DNA from: Haliotis cracherodii
Lineage: Eukaryota
DNA length: 64,000 nucleotides
NCBI RefSeq assembly: GCF_022045235.1
Contig: NW_027266302.1
Location: forward strand, 186,001-250,000
Direction of reading: 5' to 3'
The notes under the pieces were generated by a model. That model was not told the DNA's origin. It saw nothing but the letters and a program-made list of their open reading frames with translations, and did no database searches. This document shows, one piece after another, positions 28,029 through 40,125 of this stretch. A program made the translations under genes and the position numbers. Within the stretch, counting starts at the first letter, position 1, and every line of letters starts with the position of its first letter.

Positions 28029-30624
28029 ATTAGTATTATGAGCAACATCAGTGTCTGAAAACACACAATCATCCACATCACCAGATATAAGTTACTGGTA
28101 CCTATCTCTTCTAACCTGGATTTTGCCTAGGGGCAATACAACCTTAGAACTAAGGATACAGTATGCTAGTTAGGGGCCCTCTTTATCCTGCTACTCATGT
28201 AAAAGTGTGAAGTCTTTGAAAACATTGAAACATTGTTACAAACATACACCAGAAGATTAAAGGAGCACAAAGGGTAATTTTCTATAACTTAAAGAGAAAA
28301 CTTAAACTTTAATTTAACAGAATAAGTCTGTTACCAAGATGAACTTTCAGCCACGTTTCTGCTGTTTCTACATACATTTCAGCTTAAATCCAAGATAACT
28401 TATGTTCAAAAAGTTGTGTTCCTTTCTTAAAATATGCAGATCTAATGTCCAAACCAATCCCCATCATACTTCATCCCTCACAGCAACATCTACAAGTCTG
28501 TGAGTACGTTAAATCTTTCTTATGTTTGATAACTGATAAATACCATTTTTTTTAGAAAACATGTCTCTTCCAATGTTCCAGTCCCTGCCTGACAAAAAGG
28601 AGCCCCCAAGACCTTGACAAATCATGGTCACTGCACAGCATTCACCAATCAGGATCCATCATCTCATGCTATTGTATTTTTTACACAACATCAGACTGAG
28701 TCACAAATCAACTAATGCAGACATTGCATGTGGCCGATTTGTTTTGGGCTTAACAGTAGCATGTGAAAAGATAGTTTGAGGGAACAATTTTAAGCTGCCG
28801 ATTATTTTCACCACAAAGAAGTTGTTTGTAACTCACATCATTCTAAGCTTCCTTAAGCACAGGTAACATGTCCAACTTCACTTCATTAATAGCTTTCTTG
28901 GCTCATGGATCTGAAAAACCAGGTTATCTAGCTGGAGCCTTAAAACATTGCAACTTGCATGTCAACAAAACTCCCATTTTACATTCATCTTGAAGGTTAT
29001 GCCAGACATGGTGGCTAGTCCCCGTGGCCTGAAAACTCTGGATCTAAATTTCTCTAAATTATTGTTGACAATAGATCAAAATATTTCCTCTTACTCAAAC
29101 TAAATTTAATCTGTTGACTTTAATACCTAACAAGGTTACATTGTAATTCTGAAATGTCCATCAACTCAGAAAATCCTGTCATGTTTCTGTTCTTGAACGT
29201 TTACATTCCATTCACCAGTGTTGTGCCTGACCTTAACTTCAAATTTCCTGTCTTTGACCAATCACCAGAAGAATCTCTATACTATTCCAAAATTTTATAC
29301 TTTCATATGAAATTGCAGTTTTCTGTTTTCCGAGTGATAAGAATGACATGTTTAATTCCAGCAAAGCTAATTCCAAAGCCAACCGTTATAATCTGATCCT
29401 TTGTTGCAGAAGAAATTCAATAAAGCCTATGTCCAGTCTACATCCTGACCAGTACCCTCCCAGCCAATGACCCCCGATACCTTCTCAACCCAGCGTCCAG
29501 TGACCAGACAACAGGCCAATCAATACCCACTCTATAGATCTTTCAGAGGGCCAGTGTCAAAATGTGTCAGCTAACTGATTTATTGTTATTTGATGGGCAT
29601 CATCACTGGACTTTACAAGCATGGAGTAAAACAAATATTTATATGATAATCATAAACCTAGTGGGTTTTCATACAGAAATGCCCATAGGTTTGACATCGC
29701 AGCAGGAGTTATACAAACTGACGTGTCTAAAGGTAGTGCTGAAAGATAGTTTCAAGGCATTTATTGACATGTGTTGATAATTAATATCTTCCCATCAACA
29801 AAAGTGGGAGAAGTGATAAATTAGCACTAAAAGTACCTAGCAACTGAAGGGCGTTACTGGGAGGCATACTGGTAGTATACATAGTAACTTACCACATTTT
29901 TTAAAAAAGCAGAAATTTTCAACCCTCCGTCTTCCTCCAACAAAATTACTGACTAAACATTATAGGCAGTATTGGATTCCTGGTAAAATGAGTTTGGCGG
30001 TATCAACACTTCAGTAGGGTTTCCTATTCCAAGAATCTCCCTGTAACCAAATTAATGTCGGGTCCTTAGACGTATTCCTAGTGGAATCTCTTGTCACAAG
30101 AGCAGGATCAAATTCCATACAAGATGTAAGCAAATATGTCAAGAACCTATGCTCACACATAATAGAAAAATATAGTGATGATAGAGTACTGTCCAGTCTT
30201 ACAAGTACCAAAGTGGTGATTGGGTGGGCACAATGGTATTTAGTGAGTAGCATCTGGATGAGTGACAATCATTTAAGACAGGGAACATGTCTTTCTCATC
30301 ACTCATCATATAGGAAAACATTTGAATGCAGGATTTTTTTCGTCATAAAGAATACATCTGTGACACTAGTTCGATTGCTTTAAGTGACTTGTCGAGTGGC
30401 TCATTTGTTCAGTGACACCATTGAACTCTCAGCCTTGCACTGCCTGATCAATGTGTACTGCAGGTTGATGCTGCAACTGTATTGTGTCGTCCAGAGTCCA
30501 GCAGATGCTGCAGCCCCTGTGTTATGTATGAACACTGCGGACTATTGTCATGAGAACTGATACTTATTTTCGGGGGGCTCAGGTGTCTAAGTGATCTACG
30601 CCACAATTCACATTAGAGTTTGTG

Positions 30625-30790
30625 AGATGAGGTGTATAGCCTAGTGGTTAAAGCTTTCGCTACTCATGCCGAAGACCCAGGTACGATTCCCCACATGAGT
30701 ACAATGTGTGAAGCCCATTTATGGTGTCCCCCGCAATGATATTGCTGGAATATTGCTGAAAGCGAAGTAAAACCATACTCACTCACTCAC
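30625..30790 (+). mobile_element. tRNA-derived SINE family A
   Basis: Full head to tail. Imperfect TSD ca(t/g)tagagtt. Confidence 0.9.
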
Positions 30791-30814
30791 AGTAGAGTTG
30801 CTTCCCTTAATTGT

Positions 30815-31010
30815 GCCAGGATCCATAGGTCTTGATCTTGAATGCCAGATTCAACCTGATAATGATCCCTCATTTGTCTGCACCATAATCTCCTGGATTT
30901 CACCAAAGTGGTATAAAATTTTAGATATTTTCTTCTTTTATCGGACATGAAGCTGACAAGCTCGGCCAGAACTGAAATACTGTTCCAAGTGACGTAAAAC
31001 CCACCCCACT
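30815..31010 (+). mobile_element. Degenerate family D copy
   Basis: gatttcaccaaagtggtataa...aagctgaca...actgaaatactgtt...cgtaaaaccc. Confidence 0.55.
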
Positions 31011-31629
31011 TTCCACTATTCTAGTCAACAGGTTCTGTTACTCAGCCAACCAAGAATTTAAATGTGCTATTTCATCTCACATTATTTCCCAAAAAGAAAT
31101 TCAAAACTTCAAAGATAAAAAATGATAACGAGTCTCTCAAACCATAATTACACATCTTCTTAAACACATGACAACACACATAAACTCAGACAGCTGATGG
31201 AGCTGGCACCTTTTGTTCACTGGATGAGGTAATCCACGTCATAACCAACCCAACACTGTGAGGACTACTCAGATGCAGCAAGCATTACTTGGAATAGGGG
31301 AAAACGAGGAAATATCTCCACTTATTGTCAAACAACTGCATCAAATTGTCTGTACATCAATATTCACCTTGCACCTCAGCCACTTGAATTCAAGCCTCAT
31401 TTGATACAAAGTTTCTGAACAGCTCACCGAAATAACACACATCCCATCTTGCATGTCGTACAAAACCAAAACCATATTTTATCGAAATGAAGTCCAAATT
31501 GTACACGCATGACCAAATCAACAACACAGCTACATTCAAGACAAATCAAATAAATGACTTTAGAAATTGCAAAATATCCAAACAAGTCTTTTCATCTTCA
31601 TATGGTATATATAACACATATAACGTCAG

Positions 31630-31910
31630 AGGGGACACTGGTGGCCCAGTCGTCTAAGGCGACGCGATTCGCTGTGCAGAGTTGCGCCCCTTAGGCATGC
31701 CAGAAACCTTTGATTGTGCGTTCGAATCCCGGTTCACCCCGATTATGTTTCCAGGTTTGTCCGTACCATACCCGTGCTCGTGAGTTTCACCAAAGTGGTA
31801 AACGTCTGAGACCTGCATCACTTTGGGCTTTCATCTCACATTAAGCTGACATGCCGTGATATAACTGGAATACTGTTAAAAGCGGCATTAAACCAAACTC
31901 ACTCACTCAT
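31630..31910 (+). mobile_element. SINE family D (tRNA-Leu/Ser-like head with long A-B spacer, V-domain-like body, (ACTC)n tail)
   Basis: GGTGGCCCAGTCGTCTAAGGCG ... GTTCGAATCCC. Co-linear with 46035 and 50074. Confidence 0.88.
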
Positions 31911-32021
31911 TCACTATAACATCAGAGAATAACCAGATTTGATTATCAAAAAAAAAAGATTCAATTGAGAGTAAAAGGAACAATAGCAGTGAAAAAAATA
32001 TGAATGGATCACTGAAAATCT

Positions 32022-32090
32022 GTGATGATGCCAGGTGTTCACGAAAAGGGTAAGCATGTCCTCCCCTACCCGTAGCTAACAGACACAAGC
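32022..32090 (-). repeat. Dispersed structured repeat motif (copy 2)
   Basis: gatgatgccaggtgttcacgaaaagggtaagcatgtcctcccct is nearly the same as 59893-59937. Confidence 0.6.
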
Positions 32091-32244
32091 AAAATAAAAC
32101 TGGAAATGATGAAGTAAAGAGTTAAATTCAACACTATCCTTCAGGACTTGTTATAATCTTTTTTTATTTTTTACTTATATTGTTTAGCTTTACAATTATG
32201 AATAATTTTTACAAGAAAATATAGAAATTAACCCTGCATATTAA

Positions 32245-32630
32245 TAAGGAAGCGAATATATGGATGTCAACTTCTTTATTATGAAGAACACAACGTTTTG
32301 GAGCATATGCTTACTCCTTCATCAGGGAGGCTAATTAAGGAAGAGAATATATGGATGTCAACTTCTTTATTATGAGGAACACAACGTTTTGGAGCATATG
32401 CTTACTCCTTCATCAGGGAGGCTAATTAAGGAAGAGAATATATGGATGTCAACTTCTTTATTATGAGGAACACAATGTTTCGGAGTATATGCTTACTGCT
32501 TCATCAGGGAGGCTACCACCTGATGAAGGAGTAAGCATATACTCCAAAACGTTGTGTTCCTCATAATAATGAAGTTGACCTCCATATATTCTCTACCTTA
32601 TGTGCATCACTTCTAAATGCCTTTCAAAGA
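32245..32630. mobile_element. Penelope-like (pseudo-LTR) remnant: three 91-bp tandem copies on minus plus one inverted copy on plus, each with a minimal hammerhead motif
   Basis: Units start at 32245, 32336 and 32427; inverted copy 32519-32600 plus a 30-bp tail. CTGATGA-A-GGAGTA-agcata-TRCTCC-(G/A)AAAC(G/A)TT core, AATAAA downstream. TSD cctgcat(a/g)tta at 32233-32243 and 32631-32641. Confidence 0.8.
32517..32556 (+). ncRNA. Minimal type I hammerhead ribozyme motif (G12->A, probably inactive copy)
   Basis: Stem I CAC/GTG, core CTGATGA, 6-bp stem II GGAGTA/TACTCC, AAAA in place of GAAA (GAAA is retained in the minus copy at 32477-32481), palindromic stem III AACGTT, GUU cleavage triplet. Confidence 0.7.
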
Positions 32631-33374
32631 CCTGCATGTTACTGTTATGACCACGTTACCAAAGTGAACTTGGCATGAAACATGGGTAGCCTAAGTATGA
32701 CGTGCATACTACACACCAATACTAGACACACACAATGAACCGAGGGACATAGAAAATATCACAAGAATATGGTCTACATCTTGAATCATATTCAACACCG
32801 GTAGATATGAATCATCATTTGATTGGCTGGATAAAGGTCAGAACTTGCTGACCCAGGGCAGACTTCTTGACCAGTGTGCTTACTAAGTGTTAATATTGGC
32901 AAAATTCCGGTAAATCAAAGCGATGAGTCAGCGACTGGGATCGGTCACTCGAAGCATGAGGAACCGGCCAGAGGGGGAAGCAACCAAGTCATGTGTTTAA
33001 CAGCACACCTAAAAACCAATAAGCAGTTCATGAAAATATCCCCATGGTTCCAGCGGGGTGTCGATACAAAGTAATCACAAACTGTGTTTTATGGAAGGTT
33101 TCTGGCGTGAGAAAAATGACAACAGTGCACTTGGTTGATTGTGTAATATAGAAAATAATATCGATATGTACTCGAAAATGTGGCATATTCGTTTGGGGAA
33201 AAGATTCTTGCCACAGTATCAGGATTTAATCAATATCAAATCTAGAGGGAAACATATGAAACATCTATGAAGGGTGCAATAAAACTGATAAATGTTAGGA
33301 ACTGAATCAATTGCATGTCACAGCAACCACTGTTCAGCTGAGAAATGAAAAATAAGCGTCTGTGGTAGAGGGTT

Positions 33375-33500
33375 GTGTTTGTTTGTTGGTTAATGCCACA
33401 CTCAGCAATATTCCAGCTGTATGATGGCTGTCTGTAAATAATCCAGTCTGAACTAGCCAATCCTGTGATTGATATCATTAGCATCACCCTCGATCTTCAT
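33375..33500 (-). mobile_element. Family B, internally deleted
   Basis: Tail and body match. Flanked by ggtagag direct repeat. Confidence 0.7.
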
Positions 33501-36231
33501 GGATTGGTAGAGTGAGTGAGTGCGGTGGGATGAACGGCACTTTGGACAGAATTTCATCTATATCACACGATGACACTTTCATTGACACCTAAAGTCAAGG
33601 TCAAATCTGTTAACTTTGGAGAAACCCAGAGAACTCTTATGGCATAAAGGTGATATAGTCAGAAATACTACTGAGTGAATGTTTTATAACCTCCTGCTGA
33701 CAAAAGCTGCCTTCATATAAGTTTAATATTGTTTAGAACATTCTTGACCCAACTAAGACACTATCCATCAAACATGATCATCCATATCTCCACTGAATCC
33801 CACAATAGCTACACTTCACAAGAATGTAGAACAAGGGCTCATTCTACACTGACATCATATCATACCATTGGTGCCATGATGGCCTGCAAGAAGACTTTGG
33901 TAAACACACTGTATTTGATAGAAAGTGGCTTAGTGTTTGATAAAACATCTGGAGTTTATACATATAGCATAAAAGTGTCATTTCACTGTAAGCCATTGAT
34001 GATGTCATGCTACAAGTACATACCATTGTCAGTATTGACAAGAACTTCACAAAGAGTCGGAAGATATAGTTTCTTTGTGTTATCTGACCATACAACAAAG
34101 ATATACCACGGCACAAGTTTGCTGACCATAACACACCATAGACACCATGGTGCTACAAGAGTGTAGATACTTCCTACGTCCCTGATGACTCAGATGAAGG
34201 TCAGTCAAGTAACATGACCATAGGTTACTGGACATTGGCGCCATGTTGTGACTAACTCGGTAAACACCTCCTCCTAGTGTTTCCCAAGACTATGTTAGTG
34301 GCTGAAATTTCACCAAATATCCTCTCTGCCATTTGTTGAGACTCTCAAGTCCCATCTATCAGACATATCTGTGTAATTGGTGGAATTGATTAAGTCTACT
34401 GTAAAGTGTACAGAGGGGAATATGTTGGATTACTATGTATGATGGTGTGTGTGGCTTATCACTAAAGTCACGGTACTAGGACTTGAGTTGGTTACAGCCA
34501 CGTTTTGTGTATGTAGACTTTCATATGAGTCACAGGGATCAACTGGCTACATGAATTAAGAGGATACCAATCTCTTAGCGCTGAAATAATGGTCGGTAGA
34601 TATTTGTACATAATCCTGGACCTATTGAATAACTGTTCATTGCAGTCAAATGAGTACGACTTCATGAATATGCATGAACATTAAACAGCAATTTATGTAA
34701 ATGCCACAGAATTATTCAATTTCAAAAAAAGTTTGTTTTTAAAAAATATATAGATATTTTTACAACTGGCATCTTAAGGTAATTCTGCTAAAGGTCATAT
34801 ACATACATGTTTTTATTATCTTTTGAAGGAAACAAATTGTTGATTTTCTTTTCCCTGAGGATTCCCGGGCAGCAAGAAAGATCCCAGAAGAACATATTAC
34901 AAACACGGTATTCAGATATGACATGACAAAGAAAAGGAAGATGTATTGCAGCCATGGCTGAGAGCCATTCCTTAGTCTTTTTGCATGAATAATTTCAAGT
35001 TTGCATCCATCAAAAAGAAACCTTTAAAGAGCAACTAAACCCCAAGTTATCAGAAAAACAAAAAAACTGTGCACCTCACATATGTCTCAAAACAAAACAC
35101 AAATTGCGTTTGACTATGTACAGACAATCCTGGAAAGACCAACACAGCCTTGTACGCCACCTCCGACCACCAGCTACAGACAGTACTTCACACATTAACC
35201 AACACCAGTACACGGAGGCGAGTACTGGAGGCGTCGAGAGCCTGACCTAGTCCGCGTGTCCAGGACCAGATCCGGGATCAGATACAGCAGGCTACATTGT
35301 AATACTGTACAGGTCCGGCACTGTAATGGAGCTAATTACACTGCCCGCCACCTGGGACTGGGATTAGTGACCTAAGCCAGGGAAGTATTGTTTACCATGG
35401 ACGAGCAATGTTATCACAAGTCTTATTTGATCTGAAAACATTTGAAAGATTAGTAGCTTACATCTATAGAAAACAGCAATTTGGTGAAGTAGATACTTAC
35501 CTTTCATTTAGCAAGGCAAATCGTGCTGAATAAGCAAAACTGAGCAATGGCAGAAGGAACGTTTGCTGAGTTTACAAATTTTACGTATCCACTGATATAA
35601 TTGCTGTGGAAGCTACAAGAGTGACATTTTGTTGACAATGACATTTCAACTGTGATACTAAATTCAGATTGACTGTGTTCACAAGAAGAGATAAACTGTC
35701 ACACACCCACACACACACCTTGAATCAATAAATGAGCATAATTTGTTGTTCATGCCTGATAAATCCAACAGAATAAAAAATGTGTTTTAAGTTCACCTGA
35801 AACACAATAATAATCAAAATCCAGTGATACATTTAAAAAATGGTGTCATATGTTTGTCCTTGTCGATCATTTCCTTCACATTAAAAGAAACTGTATAAAA
35901 TCACATACACAGAATAATTTCAAGCTCAAAGCAAATGCATGCAGCGCCCTTGGTAATGCATGCATGTGTAATCAGTTTAAGATTCGGGTGGAGGGTGTTG
36001 GTTGATATATATGTATATTAACATCAGTAGGAATAATCAAACAGTCTTAAAAAGAATGTCTTAAATGCAACACTGAAAACATTTGAAAATAGTATTACTG
36101 AAATTGATGACTCAATGTTAATAGCAGTATCAGCCGCAGTATAGGACACTGCATCACATTTCATACTTCATTGCACGTCAGGACTTGCTCAAAAGTACAA
36201 TGTAGATATATATTGTGACTGTGAATAAATA

Positions 36232-36420
36232 GGTTGTTTGTTTGTAAGTCGCTTAACTGCACTCAGCAATATTCCAGCTATACATAAGGTATCAAGTCAA
36301 GCCCAGACAAACCAGTGATTGATATTATGACCAATGTTGATGAGGTATCATTACAAACAATCAACCAAGTCATCGACCCTGAACACCAGACTGATTTAGT
36401 CACCTTACACCATTCTAACC
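36232..36420 (-). mobile_element. Family B, degenerate
   Basis: actcagcaatattccagcta...cagacaaaccagtgattgatattatg...tcaaccaagtca. Confidence 0.65.
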
Positions 36421-36569
36421 CACATGGCTGGCAAAAACATGATGGGATTGAGTTACTTTGAATGTATGGGTAAATATAATCAAATGCAAAAAAGGCAGTA
36501 TGTTAGTACCCTTGGGACAAGACAAAGAGCATTGTTAATATATTAGGGCAGTGTGGAAGCAGAAACAAT

Positions 36570-36920
36570 AGGATCAGAAACATTGATCTGCACATCAGGG
36601 TCAGAACATTGATTTGCACATCAGGATCAGAAACACTGATCTTCACAACAACATCAGAAACATTGATCCGCACATCAGCGTCAGAAACACTGATCTTCAC
36701 AACAGCATCAGAAGCATTGATCTGCACATCAGGGTCAGACACATTGATCTGCACATCAGGATCAGAAACATTGATCCGCACATCAGCATCAGAAACACTG
36801 ATCTTCACAACAGCATCAGAAGCATTGATCTGCACATCAGGATCAGAAACAATTATCTTCACAACAGGATCAGAAACACTGATCTTCACAACAGGATCAG
36901 AAACACTGATCTGCACATCT
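36570..36920. repeat. Minisatellite, 27-bp unit (acattgatctgcacatcaggatcagaa), ~13 copies
   Basis: The 3n unit gives open 9-aa repeat ORFs on both strands. Confidence 0.9.
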
Positions 36921-36979
36921 GGGTGGGACTCAGACATGCTGGAGACATGGAACATTGGAGGGGTGTGTGTGTACGTGTA

Positions 36980-37019
36980 GGGTGGGGGTGGGGGTGGGGG
37001 TGGGGGTGGGGATGGGGGA
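36980..37019 (+). repeat. (GGGGGT)n G-run tract, G-quadruplex-competent
   Basis: gggtgggggtgggggtgggggtgggggtggggatggggg. Confidence 0.85.
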
Positions 37020-37539
37020 GTGTTAAGCTGTAGCACACAGGAACATTATTAAACACTGTAGGCTAACACAGGGTTAAATTATATTTGGTCAGATGATGGT
37101 CATATTCAACTCATGCATGCGGCTATTGATAAAAATTATGTTAATTGACATATGTGCACTGTCTACGCAGACATATTGCAGATATATATTGAAGACATAT
37201 GATGCATTGCAGACATCAAAATGGAGATAAGTGTTGTAGGAATAGATATGTGAGACACCATGAGCATATATGGGCTACAAGCACAAGGTGGATAGATGGT
37301 TGTGACCACTTCAGTGCAATGTCGCTAGATATGACAGGACAGTTTGGAAATACAGTGGATAGATCAGACAAAAGTCATCTCCAGGAAACAGATGAGATAT
37401 GTGAATAGATGACACACACTTAAGTACAATGTAGCGATTTGATACAGACTTCAGTAGAATATGGATAGAGACTATTCTGTATTCAATATGGTTAGATACA
37501 CGAAACATGTGGATAGATAAAGCAGACCTATGTTAAGGA

Positions 37540-40070
37540 GGGACTAAGTACAACATGGACTGGATAAGAGACTTGAGTGTAATGAGGATAGATACACTGA
37601 CTTAAGTGCAACATGGACTGGATAAGAGACTTGAGTGTGATGAGGATAGATACACTGACTTAAGTGCAACATGAACTGGATAAGAGACTTGAGTGTGATG
37701 AGGATAGATACACTGACTTAAGTGCAACATGAACTGGATAAGAGACTTGAGTGTGATGAGGATAGATACACTGACTTAAGTGCAACATGAACTGGATAAG
37801 AGACTTGAGTGTAATGAGGATAGATACACTGACTTAAGTGCAACATGGACTGGATAAGAGACTTGAGTGTGATGAGGATAGATACACTGACTTAAGTGCA
37901 ACATTGATAGAGAGACTTGAGTACAATGTGAAAAAATAAACTGACTTAAGTGTAGCATGACTAGAAATGAGAGATTTGAGTACAAGATACTGACTTAAGT
38001 GCAACATGAACTGAGATTAGGGACTTGAGTGTGATGAGGATAGATACACTGACTTAAGTGCAACATGGATTAAGATTAGGGGCTTGAGTGTAAGGAGAAT
38101 AGATGCACTGACTTAAGTGCAACATTGATAGAGACTTGAGTACAATGGGGAAAAATAAACTGACGTAAGCATAACATGACTAGAAATGAGAGACTTGAGT
38201 ATAATGTGGACAGATACACTGACTTAAGTGCAGCATGACTAGATATGAGAGACTTGAGTACAAGATACTGACTTAAGTGTAACATGACTAGATATGAGAG
38301 ACTTGAGTATAATGTGGACAGATACACTGACTTAAGTGCAGCATGACTAGAAATGAGAGACTTGAGTACAAGATACTGACTTAAGTGTAACATGACTAGA
38401 TATGAGAGACTTGAGTACAATGTGGACAGATACACTGACTTAAGTGCAGCATGACTAGAAATGAGAGACTTGAGTACAATATGGACAGATACACTGACTT
38501 AAGTGCAGCATGACTAGATATGAGAGACTTGAGTACAATGTGGACAGATACACTGACTTAAGTGCAGCATGACTAGATATGAGAGACTTGAGTACAATGT
38601 GGACAGATACACTGACTTAAGTGCAACATGACTAGATATGAGAGACTTGAGTACAATGTGGACAGATACACTGACTTAAGTGCAGCATGACTAGATATGA
38701 GAGACTTGAGTACAATGTGAACAGATACACTGACTTAAGTGCAGCATGACTAGATATGAGAGACTTGAGTACAATGTGGACAGATACACTGACTTAAGTG
38801 TAACATGACTAGATATGAGAGACTTGAGTACAATGTGGACAGATACACTGACTTAAGTGCAGCATGACTAGATATGAGAGACTTGAGTACAAGATACTGA
38901 CTTAAGTGTAACATGACTAGATATGAGAGACTTGAGTATAATGTGGACAGATACACTGACTTAAGTGCAGCATGACTAGATATGAGAGACTTGAGTACAA
39001 TATGGACAGATACACTGACTTAAGTGCAGCATGACTAGATATGAGAGACTTGAGTACAATGTGGACAGATACACTGACTTAAGTGCAGCATGACTAGATA
39101 TGAGAGACTTGAGTACAAAGTGGACAGATACACTGACTTAAGTGCAGCATGACTAGATATGAGAGACTTGAGTACAATGTGGACAGATACACTGACTTAA
39201 GTGCAGCATGACTAGATATGAGAGACTTGAGTACAATGTGGACAGATACACTGACTTAAGTGCAGCATGACTAGATATGAGAGACTTGAGTACAATATGG
39301 ACAGATACACTGACTTAAGTGCAGCATGACTAGATATGAGAGACTTGAGTACAATGTGGACAGATACACTGACTTAAGTGCAGCATGACTAGATATGAGA
39401 GACTTGAGTACAATGTGGACAGATACACTGACTTAAGTGCAGCATGACTAGATATGAGAGACTTGAGTACAATGTGGACAGATACACTGACTTAAGTGCA
39501 GCATGACTAGATATGAGAGACTTGAGTACAATGTGGACAGATACACTGACTTAAGTGCAGCATGACTAGACATGAGAGACTTGAGTACAATATGGACAGA
39601 TACACTGACTTAAGTGCAGCATGACTAGATATGAGAGACTTGAGTACAATGTGGACAGATACACTGACTTAAGTGCAGCATGACTAGATATGAGAGACTT
39701 GAGTACAATATGGACAGATACACTGACTTAAGTGCAGCATAACTAGATATGAGAGACTTGAGTACAATGTGGACAGATACACTGACTTAAGTGCAGCATG
39801 ACTAGACATGAGAGACTTGAGTACAATATGGACAGATACACTGACTTAAGTGCAGCATGACTAGATATGAGAGACTTGAGTACAATGTGGACAGATACAC
39901 TGACTTAAGTGCAGCATGACTAGATATGAGAGACTTGAGTACAATATTGACAGATACACTGACTTAAGTGCAGCATGGATAGATATGAGAGACTTGAGTA
40001 CAATGCTGACAGATACACTGACTTAAGGATAACACGGATAGAAATGAGAGACTTGAGTACAATGTGACTA
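37540..40070. repeat. Minisatellite, 59-bp unit (gacttgagtacaatgtggacagatacactgacttaagtgcagcatgactagatatgaga), ~43 copies
   Basis: One-base shift per 60-nt line. Left variant block, mixed middle with shortened units, homogeneous right block. Confidence 0.95.
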
Positions 40071-40101
40071 GACAGTCAATGTGTACAAAGTGTGAACTCA
40101 C

Positions 40102-40125
40102 CACCTGTTGACGGGACTACTTCAT
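40102..40125 (-). CDS. 24-nt phase 1-1 micro-exon candidate, (D)EVVPSTG
   Basis: Branch-like ctaat and pyrimidine tract cctgcttgctcattgtttcccag|ATGAAGTAGTCCCGTCAACAGGTG|gtgagt, with consensus donor, 3n length, not in a repeat. Confidence 0.55.

Noticed and set aside
36503-37036. 177-aa ORF with poly-Pro and 9-aa repeats
   Set aside because: A 27-bp minisatellite plus G-run, open on both strands, with no convincing splice signals.
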